In this document: positions 18,034 through 27,151 of the stretch, piece after piece
Layout: each line of letters starts with the position of its first letter
How positions within the stretch are numbered: the first letter of the stretch is position 1
Assembly (NCBI GenBank): GCA_040218735.1
Contig: JAVJQW010000007.1
Span: forward strand, 160,001-224,000
Direction: 5' to 3'
DNA length: 64,000 nucleotides
Origin: Deltaproteobacteria bacterium
Lineage (GTDB): Bacteria; Myxococcota; Kuafuiibacteriia; Kuafuiibacteriales; Kuafuiibacteriaceae
Made by a program: the position numbers and the translations under genes
Notes under the pieces: generated by a model
Database searches by the model: none
What the model was told of the DNA's origin: nothing
The model's input: the letters and a program-made list of their open reading frames with translations, nothing else

Positions 18034-21000
18034 TCAGCGTCGGCGGCGGAGCGCGACGAACGCGCCGAGCAACAGACCGAACATCAGCACGCCCGACTTC
18101 TCGGCGCCCGGCTGGGCGGTGCATCCGAAGACACCCGAGCCCGTCGCGACGTAGACGTCCTTGAAGCCGTCGCCGTCCATGTCCTCGTCGCAGACGTCGC
18201 CGAGGCCGTCACCGTCCTGGTCCTCCTGCTCCGGGTTCGGGATCGTCGGACAGTTGTCGTCGTCGTCGAAGACCTTGTCCTTGTCCTTGTCCGGACCGCG
18301 GATGCACATGTCCGCCGCGTCGCAGGTGTCGTCGCAGACGTCACCGATGTCGTCGTCGTCCATGTCCGCCTGGTCGGTGTTCGCGTCGATGCGGCAGTTG
18401 TCGTCCCCGTCCGGCACCTCGTCGTTGTCCGAGTCGAGGTCGAGGAAGTCCGGCTGCCCGTCGCCGTCGGAGTCGATCGCTGGCGTCATCAGGACCGCGT
18501 CGCCCGCCTCGTCGATGTCGGCGATGCCGTCGCCGTCGCTCTCGAGGTCGCGGTAGTTCGGCTTCCCGTCGCCGTCTTCGTCGTCCGCGGTCTCTTCGCT
18601 GTCGTAGATGTTGTCGTCGTCCGAATCGAGATCGCGGGCGTCGATGGAGCCGTCGCCGTCCGTGTCGACCTCGTAGCCGCCGTCGGTCTCGACGAAGTCG
18701 CCGATGCCGTCGCCGTCCGAGTCCGGGTTCAGCGGGTTCGTGCCGATCGACACCTCGTGCCGGTTCAACAGGCCGTCGCCGTCGGCGTCGCCGTCCGGGC
18801 CGTCGTCGTCGTCGGCGTCGAGGTAGTTCGGGACCAGGTCGCCGTCCACGTCGCCGGTGCCTTCGACCGTGTCGCTGTCGCCGTCGCCGTCGGAGTCGAG
18901 GTCGAGGCGGTTCTCGATGCTGTCGCCGTCGACGTCGTGGCCGAACACGTTGCCGTCGCTCGCTTCGGTGACGGTCGGGATGCCATCGTCGTCGTCGTCG
19001 CTGTCGCGCCAGTCGCCGACGCCGTCGAGGTCGGAGTCGACTTCACCCTCGGTGCGATCGTCGACCGAGTCGTCGTCGGAGTCCTGGTCGGAGCAGTCGT
19101 TGCGCCCGTCACCGTCGGTGTCGACCACCGCGCCGCCGTTCGCTTCCGTGAAGTCGCCGATCGCGTCGCCGTCGGAGTCCGGGTTGAGCGGGTTGCAGCC
19201 GTACGTCACCTCGTCCGAGTTCGGCAGGCCGTCGCCGTCCCAGTCGGCGTTCGGGCCGTCGTCGTCACGGGCGTCGAGGTAGTTCGGGATGCCGTCGACG
19301 TCGTCGTCGCCGCGCAGCTCGACCGCGTCGAGGCGCGCGTCGCCGTCGGAGTCGACGTCGTACCAGTTGCGCACGCTGTCGCTGTCCACGTCGTCGCCGA
19401 AGATCTGCGCGTCGGTGTACTCCTGCGCCGTCGGGATCGTGTCGCCGTCGTCGTCCGAGTCGCGGTAGTTCGGGATACCGTCGCCGTCGAAGTCGGCCAC
19501 CAGCTCCGTGCTGTCGAGCAGGTTGTCGCCGTCGGAGTCGAGGTCGAGCACGTCGGGGGTGCCGTCGCCGTCCGTGTCGATCGGGTTGCCGAAGTTCGTC
19601 TCCGGGCCGTCCCAGATGGTGTCATCGTCGGTGTCCGGATCGTACGGGTTGCTGCCGATCGAGATCTCGATGTGCGTCAGCACGCCGTCTTCGTCCGGGT
19701 CGCCGTTCGGGCCGTCCTCGTCGTTCGGGTCGAGGAAGTTCGGCACGCCGTCGCCGTCGTCGTCGCCGAGCACTTCGACGGAGTCGTCGCGCATGTCGCC
19801 GTCGGAGTTTGTGTCGCGGTACGCGGGAACCAGATCGGCGTCCGGGTCGAGCCCGTGCTGGGCGCCTTCGGCCGCCTCGACCGAGGTCGGGATCGTGTCG
19901 TTGTCGTCGTCGGTGTCGCGGCGGTCGGGCGTGCCGTCGCCGTCCGTGTCGAGCAGGAGCTCCTCGGCGTCGGGGATCGTGTCGTCGTCCGAGTCGAGGT
20001 CGAGGCCGTCGACCAGGCCGTCACCGTCGGTGTCGACGTGCGCGCCGCCGTCGCTCTCGACGTTGTCGTCGAGCCCGTCGTCGTCGGAGTCGGCGTCGAA
20101 GGGGTTCGTGCCGGTGATGAGGATTTCGTCGACGTTCGTGATGCCGTCGCCGTCGAAGTCGAGCACCGGGCCGTCCGCGTCGTCGAGGTCGCAGAAGTCC
20201 GCGAGGCCGTCGCCATCGAGGTCGCCGAGGCCGTCCGCCGCGTCGTTCGTGCCGTTGCCGTCGGCGTCGACGTCGAGGTGCACGAGCAGGCCGTCGCCGT
20301 CCGCGTCGATGAAGAGGCAGACGCTGAGCTCGAAGGACGTGAGGAGCCCGTCGCCGTCGTCGTCGGTGTCGAGGAAGTCGGGGATGTTGTCGAGGTCGGT
20401 GTCGACCGTCAGCTCGATTGCGTCGAGCACGGTGTCGCCGTCCGAGTCGAGGTCGAGCGCGTCGATGGTGCCGTCACCGTCCGTGTCGACGCCGATGCCC
20501 AACGCGGCTTCCACGCCGTCCGGGATCCCGTCGCCGTCGGAGTCGGCGAGCGCGATGTTGAGGCCGAGCGGGATCTCTTGCGAGTTGAGGAGGCCGTCGC
20601 CGTCGAGGTCGCCGTTCGGGTCCGCACCGTTGGAGAGATCGCAGAAGTCGAGCAGGCCGTCGTTGTCACGGTCGAGGATGCCCTCGAGGAGGTCGGAGAC
20701 CGAGTCGCCGTCGGAGTCGTCGTCGAGGTGGGCGGGGAGGCCGTCGTTGTCGAGGTCGCCCGCGCAGCTCGAGGTTTCGATCAGCGAGGGGATCAGGTCG
20801 CCGTCGTCGTCCGGATCGCGGAAGTCGGGGATGGTGTCGCCGTCGGTGTCGACGAGGAGCTCGACCGCGTCGAGGATCGAGTCACCGTCGGAGTCGAGGT
20901 CGAAGACGTCGAGGATGCCGTCGCCGTCCGTGTCGATGTTGGTCAGGCCGTTGAGCGTCTCCACGCCGTCCGGGATGCCATCGAGGTCGGTGTCGCTCTC

Positions 21001-21663
21001 GGTCGGGTCGCTCCCGATGATCATCTCGACGACGTTCGGTACGCCGTCGCCGTCGAAGTCGGGGGAGGGGCCGTCGCCGTCGTCGGGGTCCAGGAAGTTC
21101 GGGATGCCGTCGCCGTCGAGGTCGACCGCGGACTCGATCGCGTCGAGGTAGCCGTCGCCGTCGGAGTCGAGGTCGAGGAAGTTCGGGATGCTGTCGAGGT
21201 CGAGGTCCCCCGCGCCTTCGACGCTGTCGAGGATGCTGTCGCCGTCCGCGTCCAGGTCGAGGAACGCCGGGAGCCCGTCGAGGTCGAGGTCCATCAGGCC
21301 TTCGACTTCACTCGGGATGCCGTCGCCGTCGTCGTCCGTGTCACGGAAGTTCGGCAGGCCGTCGGTGTCGGGGTCGCCCATGCCGTCGACGAGGTCGAGG
21401 ACCGTGTCCCCGTCCGAGTCGACATCGAGCGCGTCGATCAGGCCGTCGCCGTCCGTGTCGATCGGGTTGCCGCCGTCGGTCTCGACGCCGTCACTGATCA
21501 GGTCCAGGTCCGAGTCCGCGAGGAGCGGGTTGGTGCCGAGCGTGAGCTCCGCGAGATCCGGGATGCCGTCGCCGTCGGTGTCGACCTGCGCAAACGCGGA
21601 GGGCGACGCCAAGAGCACCGCCGTGACGGCCAGTACATTGAAGCGATTGATGAACGTACCCAC
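18034..21663 (-). CDS. Thrombospondin type-3 (Ca-binding DxDxDG) repeat surface protein with MYXO-CTERM-like sorting signal
   Basis: Sec signal 'PSAFA/Q'; dozens of 'D[ST]DGDG[IV]PD' units; C-terminal 'DNCP..PNP.Q.D.DGDGLGDVC', then 'GSGVFGC', a TM and 'RRRR'. Confidence 0.88.
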   Translation of the reverse strand: MGTFINRFNVLAVTAVLLASPSAFAQVDTDGDGIPDLAELTLGTNPLLADSDLDLISDGVETDGGNPIDTDGDGLIDALDVDSDGDTVLDLVDGMGDPDTDGLPNFRDTDDDGDGIPSEVEGLMDLDLDGLPAFLDLDADGDSILDSVEGAGDLDLDSIPNFLDLDSDGDGYLDAIESAVDLDGDGIPNFLDPDDGDGPSPDFDGDGVPNVVEMIIGSDPTESDTDLDGIPDGVETLNGLTNIDTDGDGILDVFDLDSDGDSILDAVELLVDTDGDTIPDFRDPDDDGDLIPSLIETSSCAGDLDNDGLPAHLDDDSDGDSVSDLLEGILDRDNDGLLDFCDLSNGADPNGDLDGDGLLNSQEIPLGLNIALADSDGDGIPDGVEAALGIGVDTDGDGTIDALDLDSDGDTVLDAIELTVDTDLDNIPDFLDTDDDGDGLLTSFELSVCLFIDADGDGLLVHLDVDADGNGTNDAADGLGDLDGDGLADFCDLDDADGPVLDFDGDGITNVDEILITGTNPFDADSDDDGLDDNVESDGGAHVDTDGDGLVDGLDLDSDDDTIPDAEELLLDTDGDGTPDRRDTDDDNDTIPTSVEAAEGAQHGLDPDADLVPAYRDTNSDGDMRDDSVEVLGDDDGDGVPNFLDPNDEDGPNGDPDEDGVLTHIEISIGSNPYDPDTDDDTIWDGPETNFGNPIDTDGDGTPDVLDLDSDGDNLLDSTELVADFDGDGIPNYRDSDDDGDTIPTAQEYTDAQIFGDDVDSDSVRNWYDVDSDGDARLDAVELRGDDDVDGIPNYLDARDDDGPNADWDGDGLPNSDEVTYGCNPLNPDSDGDAIGDFTEANGGAVVDTDGDGRNDCSDQDSDDDSVDDRTEGEVDSDLDGVGDWRDSDDDDDGIPTVTEASDGNVFGHDVDGDSIENRLDLDSDGDGDSDTVEGTGDVDGDLVPNYLDADDDDGPDGDADGDGLLNRHEVSIGTNPLNPDSDGDGIGDFVETDGGYEVDTDGDGSIDARDLDSDDDNIYDSEETADDEDGDGKPNYRDLESDGDGIADIDEAGDAVLMTPAIDSDGDGQPDFLDLDSDNDEVPDGDDNCRIDANTDQADMDDDDIGDVCDDTCDAADMCIRGPDKDKDKVFDDDDNCPTIPNPEQEDQDGDGLGDVCDEDMDGDGFKDVYVATGSGVFGCTAQPGAEKSGVLMFGLLLGAFVALRRRR

Positions 21664-21666
21664 GAC

Positions 21667-23613
21667 TCAGTTCTCCTCACCACGCACGATGGCGAAGTCG
21701 ACGCGACGGTTCTTCGCGCGATTCTCCGGCGTGCTGTTGTCCACCAGCCCACGGTCGAAGCCGTAGCCGCGCGCCGACAGGCGCTCCGGCGCGATGCCCG
21801 CGCCCTTCAGGTGTTCGACGACCGCGAGCGCACGACGCTGCGACAGCAGCATGTTGAAGCCGCGACCACCGACGTTGTCCGTGTGACCCTCGACCCGGAT
21901 GTGCTCGATCTCCGGGTGGTCCTTCATCACGCGCGCGACGTTGTAGAGCAGCCCGAACGAGCGCGGCTGAATCGTCGCCTTCCCGGTGTCGAAGTAGATC
22001 TTCTCCATGATGACGATGCGGTCGGACTCGATGCGGACGTTCTGCTCCTCGGTGCAGCCGAAGTTCTCTTCGCTGCCGGGCTCGTCGGGGCAGTTGTCCT
22101 TGCGGTCGATGACGCTGTCGCCGTCGCGGTCGGAGTCGGGGCAGCCGTTGTTCTCGACCGGGCCGGGCTCGTTGACGCAGCGGTCGCGCGCGTCGACGAC
22201 GCCGTCGCCGTCGTTGTCGAGGTCCGGGCAGCCGTCCTCGTCGTCCGTGCCGTCCACGTCCTCCGCGTCGTCGACGCAGCGGTCGAGGCGGTTCACGATG
22301 CCGTCACCGTCGGTGTCGACGTCCGGGCAGCCGCGGTTGTCCACGTGGCCGGCCTCGTCGACGCAGCGGTCCATCTCGTCCGGCACGCCGTCGCCGTCCT
22401 TGTCGAAGACCGGGCAGCCTTCGTTGTCGATCGAGCCGGCATCCATCGGGCACTTGTCGCGGTTGTCCTCGACGCCGTCCGCGTCGTTGTCCGGATCCGG
22501 GATGCCGTCGTCGTCTTCGAAGCCGTCGTAGTCCTCGGCGAAGTTGGGTGCGCCGTCGACGGCGTCTTCGAAACGGTCGCCGTCGTTGTCGGCCTCGGGG
22601 CAGCCGTCCTTGTCCTCGAAGCCGTCGTAGTCCTCGGCGTTCTGCGGACAGGCGTCGTCGTCGCCTTCGATGCCGTCACCGTCGGGGTCGAGGTTCGCGG
22701 AGGCGACGCGCAGGCCGAGGAGGCCGCGCACGTCGGGCGTGCCGTAGCCGCCGCCGCCGCCGGCGCCGACCGCGGCGAACGCGAGCATCGGCCCGAAGCG
22801 GTAACGCGCGCCGGCCAACGCCTCGACGTAGTTCTGCTGCGTCGACGCCGTCGGGTCCTTGAGGAGCGTCGCGGCGGCCACGCTCGCGTCGATGCCGAGC
22901 GGGACGCTGGTGAGCCCCTCGAGGTCGAAGGATGCGCCGATGGACGCGGTGAGCTCGTCGTCGATGTCGATGCCGAGCCACTCGCGCTGCTCGAGCACCC
23001 GCGCGCCGACGTTGAAGTTGGTGTTGAGGGAACCGAACGCCTTCGACACCGCGACGGTCGGCGCGAACTCGAAGCTCTCGCCGCCGATGTACGCGTCGCG
23101 CGAGATCGTCGGGAGCACGAGCGTCGGGACCAGCGCCACGGCGATGCCCGCTTCGTCCTCACGGACGATGGCGACCTTCGGCGCGATGCGGATGTTGCCG
23201 ACGCCGGCCACTGACAGCGCCGGGATGGAGCCTACGGCGCCCGCCGGGTCGCTGTTGCGACTCTGGTAGGTGACCACCGGGACGATCAGGCCGACCTGGA
23301 GGAGGTCGAAGAGCCCGACGGAGCCCATGAGGCTGCCGCCCATCCGGAAGCCGACGATGTCGCCACCGTGCGTGCGGCCGTCCTCGCTGATGCGGGTGAG
23401 CACCAGCGGGGCGTGGCTGCCGCCGAACCAGAGGCTGGCGTTCCAGTCGAGGTGACCGGCGACGCGGCCACTCTCGACGTTGAGCGTGCCGTTACGATCG
23501 AGGGAGAGCTCGAAGCGCTCGACGGAGAAGGATGCCGGCTCCTGCTGCGCGTAGACGCTTGCGCTCGAGGACAGGGCCAGACTCAGGGCGGTGACTGCGA
23601 CGGTTCGGTTCAT
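21667..23613 (-). CDS. TraB-like outer-membrane protein: beta-barrel + TSP3 repeats + OmpA C-terminal domain
   Basis: Signal peptide from ATG 23613; beta-rich N-terminal half ending 'TPDVRGLLG'; 'DGFEDKDGCP' repeats; OmpA motifs 'IYFDTGKATI', 'VEGHTD', 'LSQRRA', 'NRRVDF'. Confidence 0.85.
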   Translation of the reverse strand: MNRTVAVTALSLALSSSASVYAQQEPASFSVERFELSLDRNGTLNVESGRVAGHLDWNASLWFGGSHAPLVLTRISEDGRTHGGDIVGFRMGGSLMGSVGLFDLLQVGLIVPVVTYQSRNSDPAGAVGSIPALSVAGVGNIRIAPKVAIVREDEAGIAVALVPTLVLPTISRDAYIGGESFEFAPTVAVSKAFGSLNTNFNVGARVLEQREWLGIDIDDELTASIGASFDLEGLTSVPLGIDASVAAATLLKDPTASTQQNYVEALAGARYRFGPMLAFAAVGAGGGGGYGTPDVRGLLGLRVASANLDPDGDGIEGDDDACPQNAEDYDGFEDKDGCPEADNDGDRFEDAVDGAPNFAEDYDGFEDDDGIPDPDNDADGVEDNRDKCPMDAGSIDNEGCPVFDKDGDGVPDEMDRCVDEAGHVDNRGCPDVDTDGDGIVNRLDRCVDDAEDVDGTDDEDGCPDLDNDGDGVVDARDRCVNEPGPVENNGCPDSDRDGDSVIDRKDNCPDEPGSEENFGCTEEQNVRIESDRIVIMEKIYFDTGKATIQPRSFGLLYNVARVMKDHPEIEHIRVEGHTDNVGGRGFNMLLSQRRALAVVEHLKGAGIAPERLSARGYGFDRGLVDNSTPENRAKNRRVDFAIVRGEEN

Positions 23614-23740
23614 CGGTTTCCCTTCGTGACCAAGCGCGCGAATGGCGCGCTTCGCCGACGATCCGAATCGGTTGGGTCCTGGGGCACTCCAGAAGGGGCG
23701 GACCCCGCGTTCCAAATCGAGTCACCCGCCGCGCCCTTTG

Positions 23741-23762
23741 AACTTGACGCATACGTCAAGTT
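23741..23762. promoter_or_regulatory. Inverted repeat AACTTGACG-CATA-CGTCAAGTT, candidate operator 1
   Basis: Perfect 9-bp arms with a 4-nt spacer, in the divergent intergenic region upstream of the MerR-isc operon. Confidence 0.7.
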
Positions 23763-23788
23763 TCTAGAGATTTGAGGGAAGCCGAGAA

Positions 23789-23811
23789 GTTGACGTTTAC
23801 GTCAACGTCAA
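23789..23811. promoter_or_regulatory. Inverted repeat GTTGACG-TTTA-CGTCAAC plus overlapping TTTACG-TCAA-CGTCAA, candidate operator 2
   Basis: Same TTGACG-N4-CGTCAA core as operator 1, ending about 20 bp before the MerR start codon. Confidence 0.7.
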
Positions 23812-23832
23812 GGCACGGAGACGCACCTCGTC

Positions 23833-24384
23833 ATGGACCCCGTCATCAGCATCGATCGCACGAAGGCCACGCTGCGCATCGGCGATCTCGCGAAGCGTGC
23901 CGAGAAGAGCACGCGCGCGGTGCGGCTGTACGAGGACATGGGCCTGCTCGGTCCGGCCGTCCGGACGGAGGGGGGCCACCGGCTGTATACGAACGCCGCC
24001 CTGGTGCGGCTGAGCTGGATCGACAAGCTCCAGCTGCTCGGTTTCTCGCTGCACGAGATCCGCACCTTCCTCGACGACCTGGAGGCCGCCGGTCAGGGCC
24101 CCAAGGCGATGGAGAAGGTCCGCAGCATGTTCGAGGCGAAACACGACGAGGTACGGGCGCAGATCCAGGCGCTCGAGTCGCTGTCGGACGAGCTGACCGA
24201 AGGCATCCAGTACCTGACCACCTGCACGACCTCCTGCGAGCCGCACACGCTGCTGCACGCGTGCAAGGCGTGTGACCACGAACATTCGATCGAACCGCCG
24301 ATGCTCATCACCGGCATTCACGAAGGCGGCCCCAAGGCCGCCGACGAGGGCGGCGAAGCAGCCGCCGAGGGCACCCTGACGTGA
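23833..24384 (+). CDS. MerR-family transcriptional regulator with C-terminal Cx3Cx8Cx2C motif
   Basis: HTH '[35 protein letters not shown]', 'LGFSLHEIR', coiled coil, then '[21 protein letters not shown]'. GTGA overlap with iscS. Confidence 0.9.
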   Translation: MDPVISIDRTKATLRIGDLAKRAEKSTRAVRLYEDMGLLGPAVRTEGGHRLYTNAALVRLSWIDKLQLLGFSLHEIRTFLDDLEAAGQGPKAMEKVRSMFEAKHDEVRAQIQALESLSDELTEGIQYLTTCTTSCEPHTLLHACKACDHEHSIEPPMLITGIHEGGPKAADEGGEAAAEGTLT

Positions 24385-25745
24385 AGCTCCCCATCTACAT
24401 GGACTACAACTCCACGACGCCGGTCGATCCGCGCGTCCTCGACGCGATGCGTCCGTTCTACGAGGACCGCTTCGGCAACGCCGCGTCGCGCTCGCACCAG
24501 TTCGGCTGGGTCGCCGAAGAGGCGGTCGACTACGCGCGCGAGCAGGTCGCGAAGCTCGTCGGCGCGACGCCCGCGGAGATCATCTTCACCTCCGGCGCCA
24601 CCGAGTCCGACAACCTCGCGCTCAAGGGCGTCGCGCACATGTACGGCATGACGCGCGCCGACAAGATGACGCTCGACGCGCTCGCGAAGGGTCACAAGGA
24701 CGGCACGATCGAAAACGCCGAGGCCCTCGTCCCGCCGCGCTTCGGCGCGGTCGATCTCGACGAGATCGCCGAGCAGGGCGCCGCGAAGGTCTTCGCGAAC
24801 CGCGGGGACCACATCATCACGCTCACCACCGAGCACAAGGCCATCCTCGACAGCGCGAAGCGCCTCGAGAAGGAAGGCTTCCGCGTCACGTACCTCGGCG
24901 TGAAGCCGAACGGTCTCGTGGATCTCGAGGCGCTCGAGGCGGCGATCGAGGACGACACGATCCTCGTCTCCATCATGCTCGCCAACAACGAGATCGGCGT
25001 GCTGCAGCCGGTGAAGGAGATCGGCGCGCTGTGCCGGTCGAAGAAGGTGCTCTTCCACACCGACGCCGTGCAGGCGGTAGGCAAGGTCCCGGTGAACGTC
25101 GACGACATGAACATCGATCTCATGTCGATGTCCGCGCACAAGATGTACGGGCCGAAGGGCGTGGGCGCGCTGTACGTGCGTCGCCGTCGCCCGCGCGTGC
25201 GCCTCGAAGCGACGATCGACGGCGGCGGCCACGAGCGCGGGATGCGCAGCGGCACGCTCAACGTCGCGGGCATCGTGGGCTTCGGGAAGGCGGCGGAGAT
25301 CTGCAACAAAGAGCTCGAGACCGAGGCCAAGAAGCTCACCGAGCTGCGGAACCACTTCTGGAACAAACTGTCGGGCGAGCTCGACTTCGTGTTCGTCAAC
25401 GGCGACGCCGACCAGCGGCTCCCCGGAAACCTCAACGTGTCGTTTGCGTACGTGGAGGGTGAGGCGCTGATGATGGCGATCAAGGACGTCGCGGTGTCGT
25501 CCGGGTCGGCGTGCACCTCTGCGTCGCTGGAGCCGTCGTACGTGCTGCGTGCGCTCGGCGTCGGCGACGACCTCGCACACAGCTCGATTCGCTTCGGGCT
25601 GGGGCGCTTCACCACCGAGGAGGAGGTCGACTACGTCGCGAACCTCGTCGTCGAGAAGGTGAAGAAGCTCCGCGACATGTCACCCCTCTACGAGATGGCC
25701 CAAGAGGGCATCGATCTCGACAGCATCGAATGGGCGGCGCACTGA
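24381..25745 (+). CDS. iscS: Cysteine desulfurase IscS
   Basis: '[15 protein letters not shown]', '[10 protein letters not shown]', PLP-Lys '[10 protein letters not shown]', catalytic 'SSGSACTS', C-terminal 'IEWAAH'. Confidence 0.97.
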   Translation: MKLPIYMDYNSTTPVDPRVLDAMRPFYEDRFGNAASRSHQFGWVAEEAVDYAREQVAKLVGATPAEIIFTSGATESDNLALKGVAHMYGMTRADKMTLDALAKGHKDGTIENAEALVPPRFGAVDLDEIAEQGAAKVFANRGDHIITLTTEHKAILDSAKRLEKEGFRVTYLGVKPNGLVDLEALEAAIEDDTILVSIMLANNEIGVLQPVKEIGALCRSKKVLFHTDAVQAVGKVPVNVDDMNIDLMSMSAHKMYGPKGVGALYVRRRRPRVRLEATIDGGGHERGMRSGTLNVAGIVGFGKAAEICNKELETEAKKLTELRNHFWNKLSGELDFVFVNGDADQRLPGNLNVSFAYVEGEALMMAIKDVAVSSGSACTSASLEPSYVLRALGVGDDLAHSSIRFGLGRFTTEEEVDYVANLVVEKVKKLRDMSPLYEMAQEGIDLDSIEWAAH

Positions 25746-25770
25746 AGCGCCGAGATAGGAATCATCCACC

Positions 25771-26175
25771 ATGGCCTACAACGATAAAGTCATCGACCAC
25801 TACGAGAACCCGCGGAACGTGGGGACCCTCGACAAGGAAGACGAGAACGTCGGCACGGGGCTCGTCGGCGCACCCGCGTGCGGCGACGTGATGCGGCTGC
25901 AGATTCGGGTCGGCGACGACGGGACGATCGAAGACGCGAAGTTCAAGACGTTCGGTTGTGGCTCGGCGATCGCCTCCTCCTCGCTCGTGACGGAGTGGGT
26001 GAAGGGCAAGTCGGTCGACTGGGCCGAGTCGCTCAAGAACGACAAGATCGTCGAAGAGCTGTCCCTGCCGCCGGTGAAGGTGCACTGCTCCGTGCTGGCG
26101 GAGGACGCGATCAAGGCGGCGGTGGCCGACTGGCGGAAGAAGAAGACCGCCAAGGCTGCGCCGACCGAGGAGTAA
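25771..26175 (+). CDS. iscU: Fe-S scaffold IscU
   Basis: 'DHYENPRNVG', 'GAPACGDVM', 'FGCGSAIASSS', 'LPPVKVHCS'. Confidence 0.97.
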   Translation: MAYNDKVIDHYENPRNVGTLDKEDENVGTGLVGAPACGDVMRLQIRVGDDGTIEDAKFKTFGCGSAIASSSLVTEWVKGKSVDWAESLKNDKIVEELSLPPVKVHCSVLAEDAIKAAVADWRKKKTAKAAPTEE

Positions 26176-26177
26176 TC

Positions 26178-26549
26178 ATGGCGCTCGACATCCTCCAAGA
26201 GAAGCCGAAGGCGACCGGTACCCTCGAGGTGACCGAGCCCGCCGCGAAGGCGATCGCCAAGTTCCTGAAGACCAACGACGCCCCGGACGGCGCCGGTCTG
26301 CGGGTCGGCGTCCGCGGCGGCGGGTGCAGCGGCCTGTCCTACTACCTCGACGTCGAGACCGCCGCGCGCGACAACGACCACGTGATCGACGCACACGGCG
26401 TGAGCGTCTACGTCGATCCGAAGAGCCTGTTGTTCCTGCAGGGCACGACGCTCGACTACGTCTCCGGGTTGATGGAGTCGGGCTTCAAGTTCGTGAACCC
26501 CAAGGCCGGCAAGGCCTGCGGCTGCGGCGAGAGCTTCTCCCCCGTCTGA
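26178..26549 (+). CDS. iscA: A-type Fe-S carrier IscA
   Basis: 'GVRGGGCSGLSY', 'DPKSL', 'GFKFVNP', 'CGCGESF'. ATG 26178 follows GAGGAG. Confidence 0.93.
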   Translation: MALDILQEKPKATGTLEVTEPAAKAIAKFLKTNDAPDGAGLRVGVRGGGCSGLSYYLDVETAARDNDHVIDAHGVSVYVDPKSLLFLQGTTLDYVSGLMESGFKFVNPKAGKACGCGESFSPV

Positions 26550-26554
26550 TCGCC

Positions 26555-27145
26555 ATGGATTGCTGGTCTTGCGGTGCGGAGCGCGGCGACGCGCTCTTCT
26601 GCACCACGTGCAAAATCCTCCAGCCGGAGTCGAAGAAAGAGGACTGGTTCGCGGCGCTCGGTGTGGAGAAGAAGTTCTCCATCGACACCAAGGCGCTCGC
26701 GAAGGCCTTCCGTACGCGCTCGGTGAAGGTGCATCCGGACCGGTTCGCGCAGAAGTCCGCCGTGGAGCGGCGCCTCGCGGTGCAGCACACCGCGAAGCTC
26801 AACGACGCCTACCGCACCCTCTCGGATCCTCACAAACGCGCCGAGTACCTCATGAAGCTGGAGGGCGTGGAGATCGGCGGCGAAGAGCAGCGCACGAACG
26901 ACCCCGAGTTCCTGATGGCGATGATGGAGCTGCAGGAGGAGGCGGACGGCGCGAAGACCGCGGGCGCGATCGACGCGATGCTGGAGCGGGTCGAAGGCAT
27001 CCGCACCGGTGAGCTGGACAAGGTCCGCGCCTACTTCGACGACGGCGTCGGCGAGCGCGCGCAGATCGTACGTGCGCTCGACGCGCTGAGGTACTACATG
27101 CGCCTCGTCGAACGCCTGACGGCACGACGAGAAGAAGCGAGCTGA
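26555..27145 (+). CDS. hscB: Co-chaperone HscB with N-terminal tetracysteine motif
   Basis: 'CWSC...FCTTC..LQP', J-domain 'HPDRF', 'LNDAYRTLSDPHKRAEY', 'DPEFLMAMME'. Confidence 0.92.
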   Translation: MDCWSCGAERGDALFCTTCKILQPESKKEDWFAALGVEKKFSIDTKALAKAFRTRSVKVHPDRFAQKSAVERRLAVQHTAKLNDAYRTLSDPHKRAEYLMKLEGVEIGGEEQRTNDPEFLMAMMELQEEADGAKTAGAIDAMLERVEGIRTGELDKVRAYFDDGVGERAQIVRALDALRYYMRLVERLTARREEAS

Positions 27146-27151
27146 ACGACC

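Noticed and set aside
18034-21663. Calling this gene traA
   Set aside because: It lacks the N-terminal variable domain and Cys-rich stalk, and lies downstream rather than upstream of the TraB-like gene.
18034-22700. Dense GTCGCCGTC-type repeats that could suggest a CRISPR array or satellite
   Set aside because: They are degenerate in-frame codons for DxDGDG repeats. There is no constant repeat with unique spacers and no cas genes.
18757-23214. 1485-aa plus-strand ORF, and similar long ORFs such as 27233-30328, 34269-36626, 1216-3039 and 9750-11678
   Set aside because: These are antisense or alternate-frame shadows of well-supported genes. The V/A/R-rich translations carry no motifs and are expected where high GC3 suppresses stop codons.
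23833-24384. Calling the regulator soxR, cueR or iscR
   Set aside because: The Cys spacing differs from SoxR and CueR, and the HTH is MerR-type rather than Rrf2.
24645-24794. Intein or intron in iscS
   Set aside because: Too short, in frame, and without intein terminal residues or splice-like features.
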